Notes: generated by a model from the sequence alone, not told the origin. Positions 19,351 to 29,570 are shown, counted from the first letter of the stretch. The stretch: 64,000 nt of DNA from Bacteroidales bacterium (GCA_016935435.1 JAFGQZ010000043.1:16530-80529); one strand, 5' to 3'. Numbers and translations: made by a program.

Positions 19351-20799
19351 CTATTCTTTAATAATGATGGCCTCATAAGTAAATATTTCAGCATCGCGCC
19401 AGCCGTCCCAGCCTATGCCGGCTTTGTCGCGTGCACAATGGCCAAGGAACTCCTCCTTCGTCCAGTTGGTTTTAGCAGCAACCTGTGGCAAAAATGTGCC
19501 GGATTTAAAGTCTTTTTTGATATAAATCCCATGCCTTCCCAATTCTATATCGCCGGGATCAGAAATTTTCTTTAGGGGGGTGAGCACCGAAACTTCAATT
19601 GACATTTCGTTTAGTTCGTCACGGGTAACCGGAGAAAACCGGCCATCGAAAAACGCCGAAGAAACAGCCATTTCGGCAACTGTTTCGTAAAGCGGAAGGT
19701 TAGCAGCCTGCAAGCGGCCAATGCAGCCCCTCAGTTCATCCTTAATATACAGGCTCACAAATGCCCCGCAGCTTTCATTTAAAGCTGACGAAAAAACTGT
19801 ACCGGAAAATGTGGTTTTTTCCCTTTTTTCGAGGTATTCTTTTATAGCTTTCCTTGCAATGTTCAGAAGTTCTTTTTTTTCGGAATTTTTTAATTGAAAT
19901 TCTCCCGATATAGATTTTTGCGATACCGCAACCGACTGGTAGCCGACAACGCGCCCGCGATCGGCATTGCTCAAGGCATCTCCACTGTTTTGGTATAACA
20001 CCGGGTGGTAAACAACATCGTTAATGTTTTCGAGCATGTACATAAGGGTGAGTACCGCTGTCCAGCCACACATAGAGGTTGCCAGGTTTGGGATGCCAGT
20101 GTCGCTGTTGCGGGCCATTTGTTCCAGCAGTATTTCGGGTTTGCCGGTAAGCAGGGCATCGACAGTAAGTTTATCGGCCCTGTTTGCATCGTTATAGGGC
20201 GGATAGTGCGACAAATCGGTACTTACGACAAAAAGGTTTTCGGGTACCAGGTATTCGCGAAGTTCAAGGGCCAGGTTAAGGCATGTTTCTTTCTGATGTG
20301 TAGCCAAAACCACAGGCACTATCTCAAATTGGTCTTTCCAGAAATATTGCAGAAACGGGAGCATTACCTCAATGCTGTGTTCGTGGGCGTGTACCGAGTG
20401 AACAAATTCTATATAGCCCGATTTACCGATAATTTCATTGGCAAGGTGTGTATCGACTTTAACTTTTCCTAAAGGGGTAACATAATCGCCCACATTATAA
20501 ACCGAAGCCCCATTAAAATCGGCATGATGGCTAGAGCCCAGGATAAAAACTTTTTTGCGCGGCGGAATATTTTTCAGCTGCATAAATGCCGATGCTGCCA
20601 CTACTCCCGAGAACACATAGCCGGCATGCGGGGCAATGAGGGCAAGAAGGTTTTCGTTTTCGGGCAATACAAACCCTGTTAGCGAGGCAGCTTCTTCTGC
20701 CATATTCCCGATTTCGGTTTCGAGTTTACCGGCATGTGCCGAGTAGAACCTTCCGGCTGCTACAGGCACCCTATCGACATGAGAAGTATAAATATCCAT
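19351..20799 (-). CDS. amrB: AmmeMemoRadiSam system protein B (Memo) fused to protein A (AMMECR1)
   Basis: PVAAGRFY, APHAGY, EHSIEV, STDLSHY, MCG, then GAFVSL, LRGCIG, GTFLPQVA, KAG; ATG 20799 preferred over the track start. Confidence 0.9.
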   Translation of the reverse strand: MDIYTSHVDRVPVAAGRFYSAHAGKLETEIGNMAEEAASLTGFVLPENENLLALIAPHAGYVFSGVVAASAFMQLKNIPPRKKVFILGSSHHADFNGASVYNVGDYVTPLGKVKVDTHLANEIIGKSGYIEFVHSVHAHEHSIEVMLPFLQYFWKDQFEIVPVVLATHQKETCLNLALELREYLVPENLFVVSTDLSHYPPYNDANRADKLTVDALLTGKPEILLEQMARNSDTGIPNLATSMCGWTAVLTLMYMLENINDVVYHPVLYQNSGDALSNADRGRVVGYQSVAVSQKSISGEFQLKNSEKKELLNIARKAIKEYLEKREKTTFSGTVFSSALNESCGAFVSLYIKDELRGCIGRLQAANLPLYETVAEMAVSSAFFDGRFSPVTRDELNEMSIEVSVLTPLKKISDPGDIELGRHGIYIKKDFKSGTFLPQVAAKTNWTKEEFLGHCARDKAGIGWDGWRDAEIFTYEAIIIKE

Positions 20800-20929
20800 A
20801 GTACCCACAACTTTAGTTTTTAACAACCCTCTAAGTTACAATTTTATAAGGGTTGTAGTCAAGGCTTTATTGAAAAGAAAATACCGAAATGGAGCAATTC
20901 CCTGTATCGCAGAAATATACAGCAGCAGC

Positions 20930-23206
20930 CTACCTGTTCTCTTTTCTTTTACCAAAAATGCGCCGGATAAAATCGCCAATGCCATCGTTGGTTTTAATAA
21001 TTTCGAAAAACGTTTCGACAGGTGTTTCGCTATAATCGGCACACGATAACTTACTGTTTATATCGGCCGAAATATTGAATGAAGAACTTTGCATGTACTT
21101 ATATAACGGATCGCTATATATTTTTTTATGGAAACGGGCAAAAATGGGCATCGCTGCAAACGAGCCCTGGCCATAATATCCACGAAACCTTACCACGGGG
21201 CTGCCCCCACCTACCCACACACCCATAACCAGGTGTGGGTTCATACCAATAAACCAGCCATCGGCCTGCTCCTGAGTGGTTCCTGTTTTCCCGGCGAGTT
21301 CGCAGTCGAATTTCCAGAAATTGCGGAGGTTGTGGGCGGTGCCCCGGTCAACTGTGCCACGAAGCATGGCAAGAATAGTTTCGGCGGTTTCGGAAGACAT
21401 AACCGTATCGCCGGGAAGGTGCGCCGGGTCGGAATATACAAGGCGGCCTTGCGAATCCTCGATACGCCTGATAAGCCTTGGATTTATTGCCCTGCCCTTG
21501 TTCATAAAAGAACAATAGGCCACCACCATTTCGTATAGCGAAACCCCGCCAGTACCCAATGCCAGGCTGGGCACTGACGGGAGCTGGCTGGTGATGCCCA
21601 TTTTGCGGGCAAGGTTAATAACACTGTCGATACCGGTTTCCATAAGAATTTTTACGCTTACAGTATTTACAGATTTGGCCAAAGCGCCTTTCATAGAATA
21701 GAAACCCCCATATTTACCATCGGAGTTTTCGGGTGCCCAATTGTTATATGCTGTATAAACTATGCTGTCGTTGGCGTAAAACCGGCACGGACTGGCTCCC
21801 GATTCAAGTGCAGCGGCATAAACTATGGGCTTAAAGGTTGAACCTGCCTGCCGTTTCGATTTAACATGGTCGTATTTGAAATATTTATACCCCGAGCCGC
21901 CAACCCATGCAAGTATATCGCCGTTAAAGGGGTTCATTGCCAACACGCCTGCCTGCAGGGTCTTAAAATGGTACAGCACCGAATCGAGTGGGGAAATAAG
22001 TGTATCTTTATCGCCCTGCCAGCTGAAAACACGGGTTTGGCGTTTCTCATGCATGGCAACAAGGGCATCGTTGTAAGAATAACCGGCAGCCGATAATTCT
22101 TTGTAAGCATCGCTCTGTTTAATCTGTTGTCGTGCCAGTCCCGGGTCTTTTATCCAGGCTTCGCGCCCTTTCCATTGTTTATCGAACAATTCCTGTAGCT
22201 GCGCCATGTGTTCTTTTACCGACTCCTCGGCAAAAACCTGCAAGGTATAATTTACGGTAGTATATATTTTAAGCCCGTCGGAATAAATATTGTAGGGTGT
22301 TCCATCGGCTTTCTTTTTATCTTTCAGTATTTCTGTAACCTCGTGCCTGAGCTGTTCGCGCAGGTAGGGGGCAGGCCCTTCGTTATGGGTCAGCCTGCGG
22401 TAATTCAATTTTACAGGCAAGCCTTTAAGAGAATCGGCCTCCCCGGCCGAAAGGTGTTTATACTTGACCATTTGGCTTAGCACCGTGTTTCGGCGCATTA
22501 ATGCCGCCTCGGGCTTTGTCCGGGGGTTGTAGTTGCCGTTTGCTTTCAGTATGCCAACCAACAGTGCCGATTCTTCCATTTTTAATTCAGCAGGCTTTTT
22601 GCCAAAAAAAATTATCGATGCTGTTTCGATGCCAAAAGTATTTTCTCCAAACGACACGGTGTTTAAGTAGAGTTCAAGTATTTCGTTTTTTGTATAGTAT
22701 TTCTCGATGCGTTTTGCAATTATTATTTCACGCATTTTTGCCACAGGCAGGGTTAAAAACCCTAACCGCTTACGAGGATAAATGTTTTTGGCCAATTGCT
22801 GGGTAATGGTACTGCCACCACCGGCGCTGCGGTTAAAAAGCAAAACCGACTTAAACAGTACACGCAGGCTGCTGCGCGCATCGACACCCTTATGCTTGTA
22901 AAACCGGACATCTTCGGTAGAAACAAGGGCATTGATAAATCCTGCAGGTATATCGCTCAGGCTTGCATTTGATCGGTTTTCGAAATAATAGCGGCCTAAA
23001 AGCTTGTTATCGACCGACATGATGTCGGTTGCCGTGTTGTTTTTTATCTGTTTGAGGTCGGCCTCTTTGGGCATTTTGCCGAAAATCCCAAGCTGTACTA
23101 ATAAAAACAATAAAAAGCAAAACGATGCGATAGAAATTGCTGTGTATAAAAAAAACTTCGCGGTTACCCGTCGGAGTTGGGCAGTAAATTCATTTTGGGT
23201 TGCCAT
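20930..23206 (-). CDS. Class A penicillin-binding protein (PBP1A-like transglycosylase/transpeptidase)
   Basis: EDVRF, GGGSTITQQLAKN, GSTFKP, SVN, KTG motifs; N-terminal TM anchor. Confidence 0.93.
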   Translation of the reverse strand: MATQNEFTAQLRRVTAKFFLYTAISIASFCFLLFLLVQLGIFGKMPKEADLKQIKNNTATDIMSVDNKLLGRYYFENRSNASLSDIPAGFINALVSTEDVRFYKHKGVDARSSLRVLFKSVLLFNRSAGGGSTITQQLAKNIYPRKRLGFLTLPVAKMREIIIAKRIEKYYTKNEILELYLNTVSFGENTFGIETASIIFFGKKPAELKMEESALLVGILKANGNYNPRTKPEAALMRRNTVLSQMVKYKHLSAGEADSLKGLPVKLNYRRLTHNEGPAPYLREQLRHEVTEILKDKKKADGTPYNIYSDGLKIYTTVNYTLQVFAEESVKEHMAQLQELFDKQWKGREAWIKDPGLARQQIKQSDAYKELSAAGYSYNDALVAMHEKRQTRVFSWQGDKDTLISPLDSVLYHFKTLQAGVLAMNPFNGDILAWVGGSGYKYFKYDHVKSKRQAGSTFKPIVYAAALESGASPCRFYANDSIVYTAYNNWAPENSDGKYGGFYSMKGALAKSVNTVSVKILMETGIDSVINLARKMGITSQLPSVPSLALGTGGVSLYEMVVAYCSFMNKGRAINPRLIRRIEDSQGRLVYSDPAHLPGDTVMSSETAETILAMLRGTVDRGTAHNLRNFWKFDCELAGKTGTTQEQADGWFIGMNPHLVMGVWVGGGSPVVRFRGYYGQGSFAAMPIFARFHKKIYSDPLYKYMQSSSFNISADINSKLSCADYSETPVETFFEIIKTNDGIGDFIRRIFGKRKENR

Positions 23207-23427
23207 TTTGCAAGTTAGCCTGTTTAATTAACCCCGTGAAACCCATCGATAGCCCACGGTTTATGAATTTCATTTATTGGCCCTGTTATTATTGGCGGCC
23301 AACTTCCAAAGATACCGAAATGCCCAAAGTGAAATTAACAATTGGGTAAAAACAAATCAACAAAAGTTGGCATTCAAAAAAGTTTTCGGTTAATTTGAAC
23401 CAACCTCAACTTAGGCACAAAAAGTAA

Positions 23428-24054
23428 ATGACCAGACAAGAACAATTAAAATACTGTAAAACATGCCAAAACCGTGGGTTTAATACCCGGAAAGGCATAA
23501 TTTGCGGCCTCACAGGAGATATTGCCGGTTTTGATGTTCATTGCCCCCATTATCAGATCGACGAACGAGCCCAATCGCTTGAGAGGTATATAAAAGAAAA
23601 TGCCCCCTTGCCAAAGCCGGTAAAAATGAAAAAACAAAAAACAAAACAATCGGCAAAATTATCGAGAAACGAAACAGTTGTTCTTATAGGGTTGGCACTT
23701 TTGGCAGCTTTTGTTTTCAGGCTTTCTATATATATTAAGTATAGTTATGAGAGCAAAAATATCACCTCTTTTTTATGTGTTGTACTATTTGTGTTTACTG
23801 CTTTGGCATTTTTATTAAGGAAAAAGGCTTTCAAAACATTCTCAATAACAAGCAGCCTGATGTATAACCTGTTATTTGCTGCTTTTTTTTCGCTAATTAA
23901 CCTGATATACATGTTGCTAGTATATCCCTTTTTTTACAAAATGTTATTGCTTCCTTTCCTAATTGTCATATTATCGTTTGCACTGGGAGTTTTAAGCTAT
24001 ATAATTGTAATACCCCCGGGTATTTTACTCTCAAAATGGTTTTCAAAAAAATGA
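23428..24054 (+). CDS. Hypothetical membrane protein with an N-terminal Cys-rich putative zinc-binding segment
   Basis: 208 aa; CKTC...C...CPHY, a basic linker and 4-5 hydrophobic helices. Confidence 0.7.
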   Translation: MTRQEQLKYCKTCQNRGFNTRKGIICGLTGDIAGFDVHCPHYQIDERAQSLERYIKENAPLPKPVKMKKQKTKQSAKLSRNETVVLIGLALLAAFVFRLSIYIKYSYESKNITSFLCVVLFVFTALAFLLRKKAFKTFSITSSLMYNLLFAAFFSLINLIYMLLVYPFFYKMLLLPFLIVILSFALGVLSYIIVIPPGILLSKWFSKK

Positions 24055-27017
24055 GCAGGTTTAATAAAATATTCATTGGCACCGCATTTTTTTTATTAGT
24101 TCTTTTAGGATTGATAGAGAAAGACGTTTTTATTAAACGCGGCATAATAACCTGGAACAGCACGATACCTGTTACATGGGCCGATTTCAGGGGCTATCCG
24201 AACCTGCTTTCGCAATATTCGGCCGCCATTACCAGCTATTTTACTGTTGAAACCTTTGGAAATACTATCGATTCGGTAAAAGTTGAAACCATCATGCTCC
24301 CACATCATTCTTGGGTAAGAAATTCCAGTTTAGAATGGGATTATGGCTTAAGACACGAGCAATATCATTTTAATATAAGCGAAGTACTTGCCCGGCAATT
24401 TAGAAAAGTTATAAAAGATTTACCTGAGGCAAACAGGAATGAAAAGGAAGTTCAGGCATTGTTCAAACAATTCAGCAAAGAACTTGGCAGGGTACAGGAT
24501 AAATACGACGATGATACCGACCACAGCATCTTAATTGAAAGGCAAAAAGACTGGGAATACCTTATCGACAGCATGTTAAATGAATATTCGTATTATGCTT
24601 GCCCTCTTATCAGTTTTAAAAGTGAGGAAGAAATACAAAGCAACAGGTTCCGGCAGATAACTCTCAATGCTCGCCATGAAATCGAAGGCATCTTTCCACT
24701 TGATTCACATACAGCCGCTTGTTCAAAGCATTATTTGTTTACATACGAAGGCGCTAAAATTAAAAAGATTGAGTTTTTTGACAGGGGCAAACCATCTATT
24801 GACGATAACCTGGATGTTTCAGCGGTTAATTTCAGTTACAACGGTAACACAGAGGTACGCAGTTATTTATCGCCCAATGGCGAAAATATGGCCACCCCTG
24901 CTGGTGTGTTTTACTCCCAAATTGAAAAGGCCAATAAACAAATTATTGTTACAAACCTCGACCACAACGGCCTGCCTGTTGAAAATACCGATGGAATTGC
25001 AAAAGTTGTTTGGGAACTCGACTATAAGGATCGGAAAACAACAGGAAGGCTATATAATAAAAACAACATGCAGATAACCGATAATGAAGGTTTTACTGTA
25101 GTGAAATATAAATATGGAACAAATGATAAAATTATCGAATATGCAAATTTCGACTACAATAACAAATTGTGCAATTTGAAAAACGGTGTTGCCTATTATA
25201 CCTATCAGTATGATGAAAAGAATAATGTCGCACGCATAAATGCATACAGCAGCAGTGACAAGCCACAAGCCTATTCAGGTAAAGTATCATCTGCATGTTA
25301 CCACTACGATATAGATGGAAATATTGTTCGTCAGCATTTTATTAAACCCGATGGCAACATATTTATCGACGATAAAGGAATTGCAATATCGTATTTTGAA
25401 TATGATAAATACGCCAATATTACCGATGAAAGGCATTATGGCACTAACAAAAACCTGATAATTTCGGAAAGCAAAACCGGGCGTTTAAAAAGAAAATACG
25501 ACCTGCGGGGAAACATTACCAAAGTGGAAAACTTCGATGCATACGATCAATTCCTGAACGATGCCAGCTTTGTGTGCAAAAAACAATTTTCATATAACCT
25601 AAACCAACAGCTTATCGAAGAGCAGCAATTTACTTGCGACAGTGCTAAATCAATATTACATTTAAAAACAATAAAATATTTTTACGATGACAAAGGCAAT
25701 ATTATTGCTGAGAAATATTTTAACCAGTTAAACAAACCTCTGGCCGATTCTGCGGGTGTGTATATGAAAAAGTTCACATACGACCATAAGAACAGGCTCA
25801 TACAAACAGAATTCCTGAACGAGAAAGAAGCCCTTACCCCCGGAGAATCGGGAATTGCCGTTTATAAATATAAATACGGATCAAATGATAATATTGTTGA
25901 AGTGCGGTTTTTTAATGAGAACCTTTTGCCAACAGGGAACGAGGAGAATATAGCAATGGAAAAATACGTTTATGGCCAAAACAGCCTTATGGCCGAACGC
26001 AGTTTCTATGACATTGACTATAAACCTACAGCATGTTCAAACGGTTTTCAATCGGTTAGTTGGCAATATAACGCAAAAAAAAATATAATTAAGGAATCGT
26101 ATTATGATAAACACCTAAAACCGGCAGCCGACAATTCCGGGATATCGGTATATGAATATGAATACGATTCTAACAACAACAAAACAATTACCAGGTGTTA
26201 CAACCGGCAATTGCTACCAGCTAAAGATGAAAATTATGGCATAGCAGTCATTCTCAACGAATATTCCGATGAAAACCAATTGATTTCGACATCATATTAT
26301 AACTATTGCGGTATTCTAAAAAATACTTCGGCGGGTTATGCAATCGAAACTTTCGGGTACAATAACCGCGGACTGGTTACCCGCAAAGATTATTATTCCG
26401 AGTTTAAACAACCAATAGTTTCGACCTTCGGATATGCTGCAATTGAGTGGCGCTACGATAACAACAATAATACTATTGGCGAATTGTATTTCGATGAAAA
26501 TAACCAGCTCATTGCTGATAAAGATGGGTATGCTGCTTACAACTGGATTTATGACAGGAATGGAAACTCAACATCGGGCTTTGGTTTTGAACCAGTTGAT
26601 ATTGAAGAACTAGGTTTGAACGAAGGGCCTTTTATGGAAACGGTAACCGGTATCTATCCAGATTATAATTACAACCCTTCGACCGGCGCAAGCACAAGGC
26701 TCCAGACAACCTACCACAATAACGGTCAAAAAAGTACCGAGGTGTTGTATATCCATGGTAAGCCGGAAGGGACTTATACCTCATGGTATAAGAACGGACA
26801 GGTTGAGTCTTTGGTTGAATATAAAAACGGGCAGCGAAATGGTTTAATGGTTGAATATAATAAAAGTGGCCAGAAAATAAGGGAATTGCTCTATCGCAAT
26901 GGTGTTTTGGTAAGCCAATCTGAAATTACCTGGCACGATAACGGGCAACTTCGCTCTAAGTATATGAACGGCGAACGCGTGGAATGGACAGAAAACGGTG
27001 AGATTATAACCGACTGA
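24051..27017 (+). CDS. Membrane-anchored or secreted protein: DUF922-like HExxH peptidase domain + about 17 32-aa YD-like repeats + MORN-type repeats
   Basis: N-terminal hydrophobic helix, LTWADF-like (VTWADFRG), LRHEQYHF; regular Y(D/G/N)xxxN repeats; C-terminal YHNNGQ/WYKNGQ/WHDNGQ repeats; ATGA overlap supports start 24051 (alternative 24036). Confidence 0.75.
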   Translation: MSRFNKIFIGTAFFLLVLLGLIEKDVFIKRGIITWNSTIPVTWADFRGYPNLLSQYSAAITSYFTVETFGNTIDSVKVETIMLPHHSWVRNSSLEWDYGLRHEQYHFNISEVLARQFRKVIKDLPEANRNEKEVQALFKQFSKELGRVQDKYDDDTDHSILIERQKDWEYLIDSMLNEYSYYACPLISFKSEEEIQSNRFRQITLNARHEIEGIFPLDSHTAACSKHYLFTYEGAKIKKIEFFDRGKPSIDDNLDVSAVNFSYNGNTEVRSYLSPNGENMATPAGVFYSQIEKANKQIIVTNLDHNGLPVENTDGIAKVVWELDYKDRKTTGRLYNKNNMQITDNEGFTVVKYKYGTNDKIIEYANFDYNNKLCNLKNGVAYYTYQYDEKNNVARINAYSSSDKPQAYSGKVSSACYHYDIDGNIVRQHFIKPDGNIFIDDKGIAISYFEYDKYANITDERHYGTNKNLIISESKTGRLKRKYDLRGNITKVENFDAYDQFLNDASFVCKKQFSYNLNQQLIEEQQFTCDSAKSILHLKTIKYFYDDKGNIIAEKYFNQLNKPLADSAGVYMKKFTYDHKNRLIQTEFLNEKEALTPGESGIAVYKYKYGSNDNIVEVRFFNENLLPTGNEENIAMEKYVYGQNSLMAERSFYDIDYKPTACSNGFQSVSWQYNAKKNIIKESYYDKHLKPAADNSGISVYEYEYDSNNNKTITRCYNRQLLPAKDENYGIAVILNEYSDENQLISTSYYNYCGILKNTSAGYAIETFGYNNRGLVTRKDYYSEFKQPIVSTFGYAAIEWRYDNNNNTIGELYFDENNQLIADKDGYAAYNWIYDRNGNSTSGFGFEPVDIEELGLNEGPFMETVTGIYPDYNYNPSTGASTRLQTTYHNNGQKSTEVLYIHGKPEGTYTSWYKNGQVESLVEYKNGQRNGLMVEYNKSGQKIRELLYRNGVLVSQSEITWHDNGQLRSKYMNGERVEWTENGEIITD

Positions 27018-27187
27018 CAGCACAATTATTTACCCGGTTTCAATCTTCCTTCTAAATTTAGGGTTCAACCCCGGCAAAAAATGTCCCGGTTTTTTTTCGG
27101 TAGCCTGTATGATAAATACAATGTACAATACCCGGAGAAGGAAATTATGGAAGGGCAAAAAATTGTGGAGCAGTTTCTTGTGAAGGG

Positions 27188-28090
27188 TTAGAATAATTGG
27201 TTTGAGTGGTTTGTAATCAATAATTCGGTGAGTTTTCCGCGTCTTTCTGCATTTGCATTTACAATTCTTGCCGCCATAACACGTTTGATGTTAAATTGTC
27301 CATACAAATCGTCAAAAAAATCGTTGTCAGGATTATTGCCTCTTACATCAGAATTACTTAAAATAAAACTATGGCCCAGGCTATTGATCTTTTTACAGAA
27401 ATTACCTAAACGAACCTGTTCATGGTCGTTAAAGTTTTCTTTTGCATAAGAGTTGAAATTCGACGTTTCGTTTAGTGGTTTGTATGGAGGGTCAAAATAA
27501 AAAAAGCTGTTATTTGAGGCATATTTTAAAGTTTCTTCGAAATCACCTGTTAATATCTCAACATTTTGCAATAAAGCACTATCGGCAAATAAGGTTTCTT
27601 CATCGCAAATTTTAGGATTTGCATGTCTTCCAAACGGAACATTGAACAGGCCTTTACTATTTACCCGGTATAGTCCGTTAAAGCATGTACGGTTCAAAAA
27701 AATAAACAAAGCAGAATTTTCAACTGAATCGAGCGACTTTGTGTTAAACCTGTCACGCCTGTTTAAATAATAATCTTTTCGTTTAGCCTCGCTTAAAGGC
27801 AAATACTCTTTTTGAATGAAATGCAATAATTTAACCAGTTCAAAAGGTTTTTCTTTAATAGTTTTATATGCCGTTGTTAGATCGGGGTTTATGTCATTTA
27901 TAACAGCTTTTGTAACATTTTTATATTGTTGCAGTATCCAGAATAAAACGGCCCCGCCCCCCACAAATGGCTCAATAAACGTTAACTTATCTATATGGGG
28001 AAAATTTCCGGGTAAAGCCTCTTCTATGTTTTTAATTAATTGGGTTTTTCCACCGGCCCATTTTATAAAAGGTTTTGCTTTAAATGCCAT
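27188..28090 (-). CDS. dam: Dam/DpnM-family DNA adenine methyltransferase (alpha class), orphan
   Basis: PFIKWAGGK, EPFVGGGAV, LNRTCFNGLYRVN, YFDPPY. Confidence 0.92.
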   Translation of the reverse strand: MAFKAKPFIKWAGGKTQLIKNIEEALPGNFPHIDKLTFIEPFVGGGAVLFWILQQYKNVTKAVINDINPDLTTAYKTIKEKPFELVKLLHFIQKEYLPLSEAKRKDYYLNRRDRFNTKSLDSVENSALFIFLNRTCFNGLYRVNSKGLFNVPFGRHANPKICDEETLFADSALLQNVEILTGDFEETLKYASNNSFFYFDPPYKPLNETSNFNSYAKENFNDHEQVRLGNFCKKINSLGHSFILSNSDVRGNNPDNDFFDDLYGQFNIKRVMAARIVNANAERRGKLTELLITNHSNQLF

Positions 28091-28272
28091 TAAATTATTT
28101 TTCTTTTATCGGCAAAATTACATTTTATTCCCGGTTTTTTGCCTGCGTAGGTTTTAACATGCCTGGCCTCTGACAAATGATTTTCAGCAGCTATTTGACT
28201 GCAAATAAAACTTCATTATTTTTAACAAATGTTTTTGTCTGGTATTCTTAACCCTATTTAATATCCCTAGAA

Positions 28273-29262
28273 ATGAAAAACCTTCTCCGGTTGCTTTTTA
28301 TCCTGCTTTTCCTGGTTATCGTTCTTATTATTTTTGGTTTGTTCCTGCCCGGGAAACACAAAATTGTTGTACGCAAGGCCATTGATGTGCCGGCAGAAAT
28401 TGTATTTCCGCTGGTAAACGATTTTCGTAACTGGAACAGCTGGTCGCCCTGGCTGCAAAACGATACATCGATGATAGTAAAAACCGAAAAACATACTTCG
28501 GGGAAAGGTGCCCGGTTAAGCTGGGAAAGCGAGAAATATGGCAATTGTATTGTAATCATTACCCATTGTATTGAACCCGAAAGCATTGCAATAAACTTCG
28601 ATTATGGTACAAAGAGCCAGACAAATTCATTATGGAATTTTTTACAAACTGACGAAGGCACACAGCTTGAATGGACTATAAGCCTGGAGAGGTTAAGTAT
28701 CTGGGAACGTTATTTTGTGCTGTTCAATAAAAACAGAATGAGGCAGCTTATAGTTTCCGGTGCCGATGAACTTGAAGAACTGGCAATCACATTTTCGAGG
28801 AGCAGAATTGGCGAAATTCAGATGGCAAGGTGCGAAGCCCGGCCGGTAATAGTTATGTCCGATTCGGTTTTGGCTGCAAATGTGCCTGCCCGTATGCAGG
28901 AAATGTTTGCCTATTTAAATACATTCTTTCAACGGCGCAAGCTGGAAGCAAGTGGTAACCCCATTGCTGTATTTTATGGCGTAGTAAGCGACAGCTTGTT
29001 TAAATTCGATTGTGCAATACCGGTTACAGAACGTACATGGGTATGGCAAACGCTCAGGTTTTACCAAATGCCGGCAACCAATGTGGTAAGCGTTTCGCAC
29101 TTCGGGTACCCCACCGATAAGGCTCACCGGGCAATTCTGAAATATATCGAAGCCAATAAGCTCGAAGCCAACGGGTTTCCGTTCGAAGAATATTTATACG
29201 ATGCCCAATCAGATATCGATACTGTTAGTTGGGAGACTAAAGTCTATTATCCGGTGAAATAA
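28273..29262 (+). CDS. SRPBCC domain protein fused to a GyrI-like small-molecule binding domain
   Basis: VNDFRNWNSWSPW, GKGARLSW, then a GyrI-like domain ending PFEEYLYD...WETKVYYPVK. Confidence 0.82.
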   Translation: MKNLLRLLFILLFLVIVLIIFGLFLPGKHKIVVRKAIDVPAEIVFPLVNDFRNWNSWSPWLQNDTSMIVKTEKHTSGKGARLSWESEKYGNCIVIITHCIEPESIAINFDYGTKSQTNSLWNFLQTDEGTQLEWTISLERLSIWERYFVLFNKNRMRQLIVSGADELEELAITFSRSRIGEIQMARCEARPVIVMSDSVLAANVPARMQEMFAYLNTFFQRRKLEASGNPIAVFYGVVSDSLFKFDCAIPVTERTWVWQTLRFYQMPATNVVSVSHFGYPTDKAHRAILKYIEANKLEANGFPFEEYLYDAQSDIDTVSWETKVYYPVK

Positions 29263-29328
29263 TACTTTTTACGGGTTCCAGGTGCATACATTTCATTATT
29301 TGTGCCTAATGTGCATTCTATGAATGTT

Positions 29329-29568
29329 TTAGTTGGAACTTTTGTTTGTGTCCCTCAGTTCTTGTTTTATTTCTTTCAGTTCTTCCAGAATAGATTTTAC
29401 CGAAACCATATTTTTATAGTTCATCAGTATTATTTTTACCGAAACCAGAAAAACCCCTGCTTCTAAAAGAATATCGTGGGTAAGGCCTTTGAAAAACAAG
29501 GCCGCAACAAAAAGTATTAAAGTTGTAAGAATTACTGCCAGTTCTGTAATTGATAAGTGTTTTCCCAT
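29329..29568 (-). CDS. Small membrane protein, last gene of the crt operon
   Basis: 79 aa, two hydrophobic helices plus a coiled tail; starts 2 nt after the crtI stop. Confidence 0.65.
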   Translation of the reverse strand: MGKHLSITELAVILTTLILFVAALFFKGLTHDILLEAGVFLVSVKIILMNYKNMVSVKSILEELKEIKQELRDTNKSSN

Positions 29569-29570
29569 TG

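Noticed and set aside
27015-27017. TGA of the large repeat protein as selenocysteine or programmed readthrough
   Set aside because: The protein ends naturally after its MORN repeats, the context is not a redox motif, and no convincing SECIS-like hairpin follows
27058-27077. GGGTTCAACCCC as a tRNA T-arm or integration-site remnant
   Set aside because: No 5-bp T stem around a 7-nt loop and no acceptor stem or cloverleaf can be built
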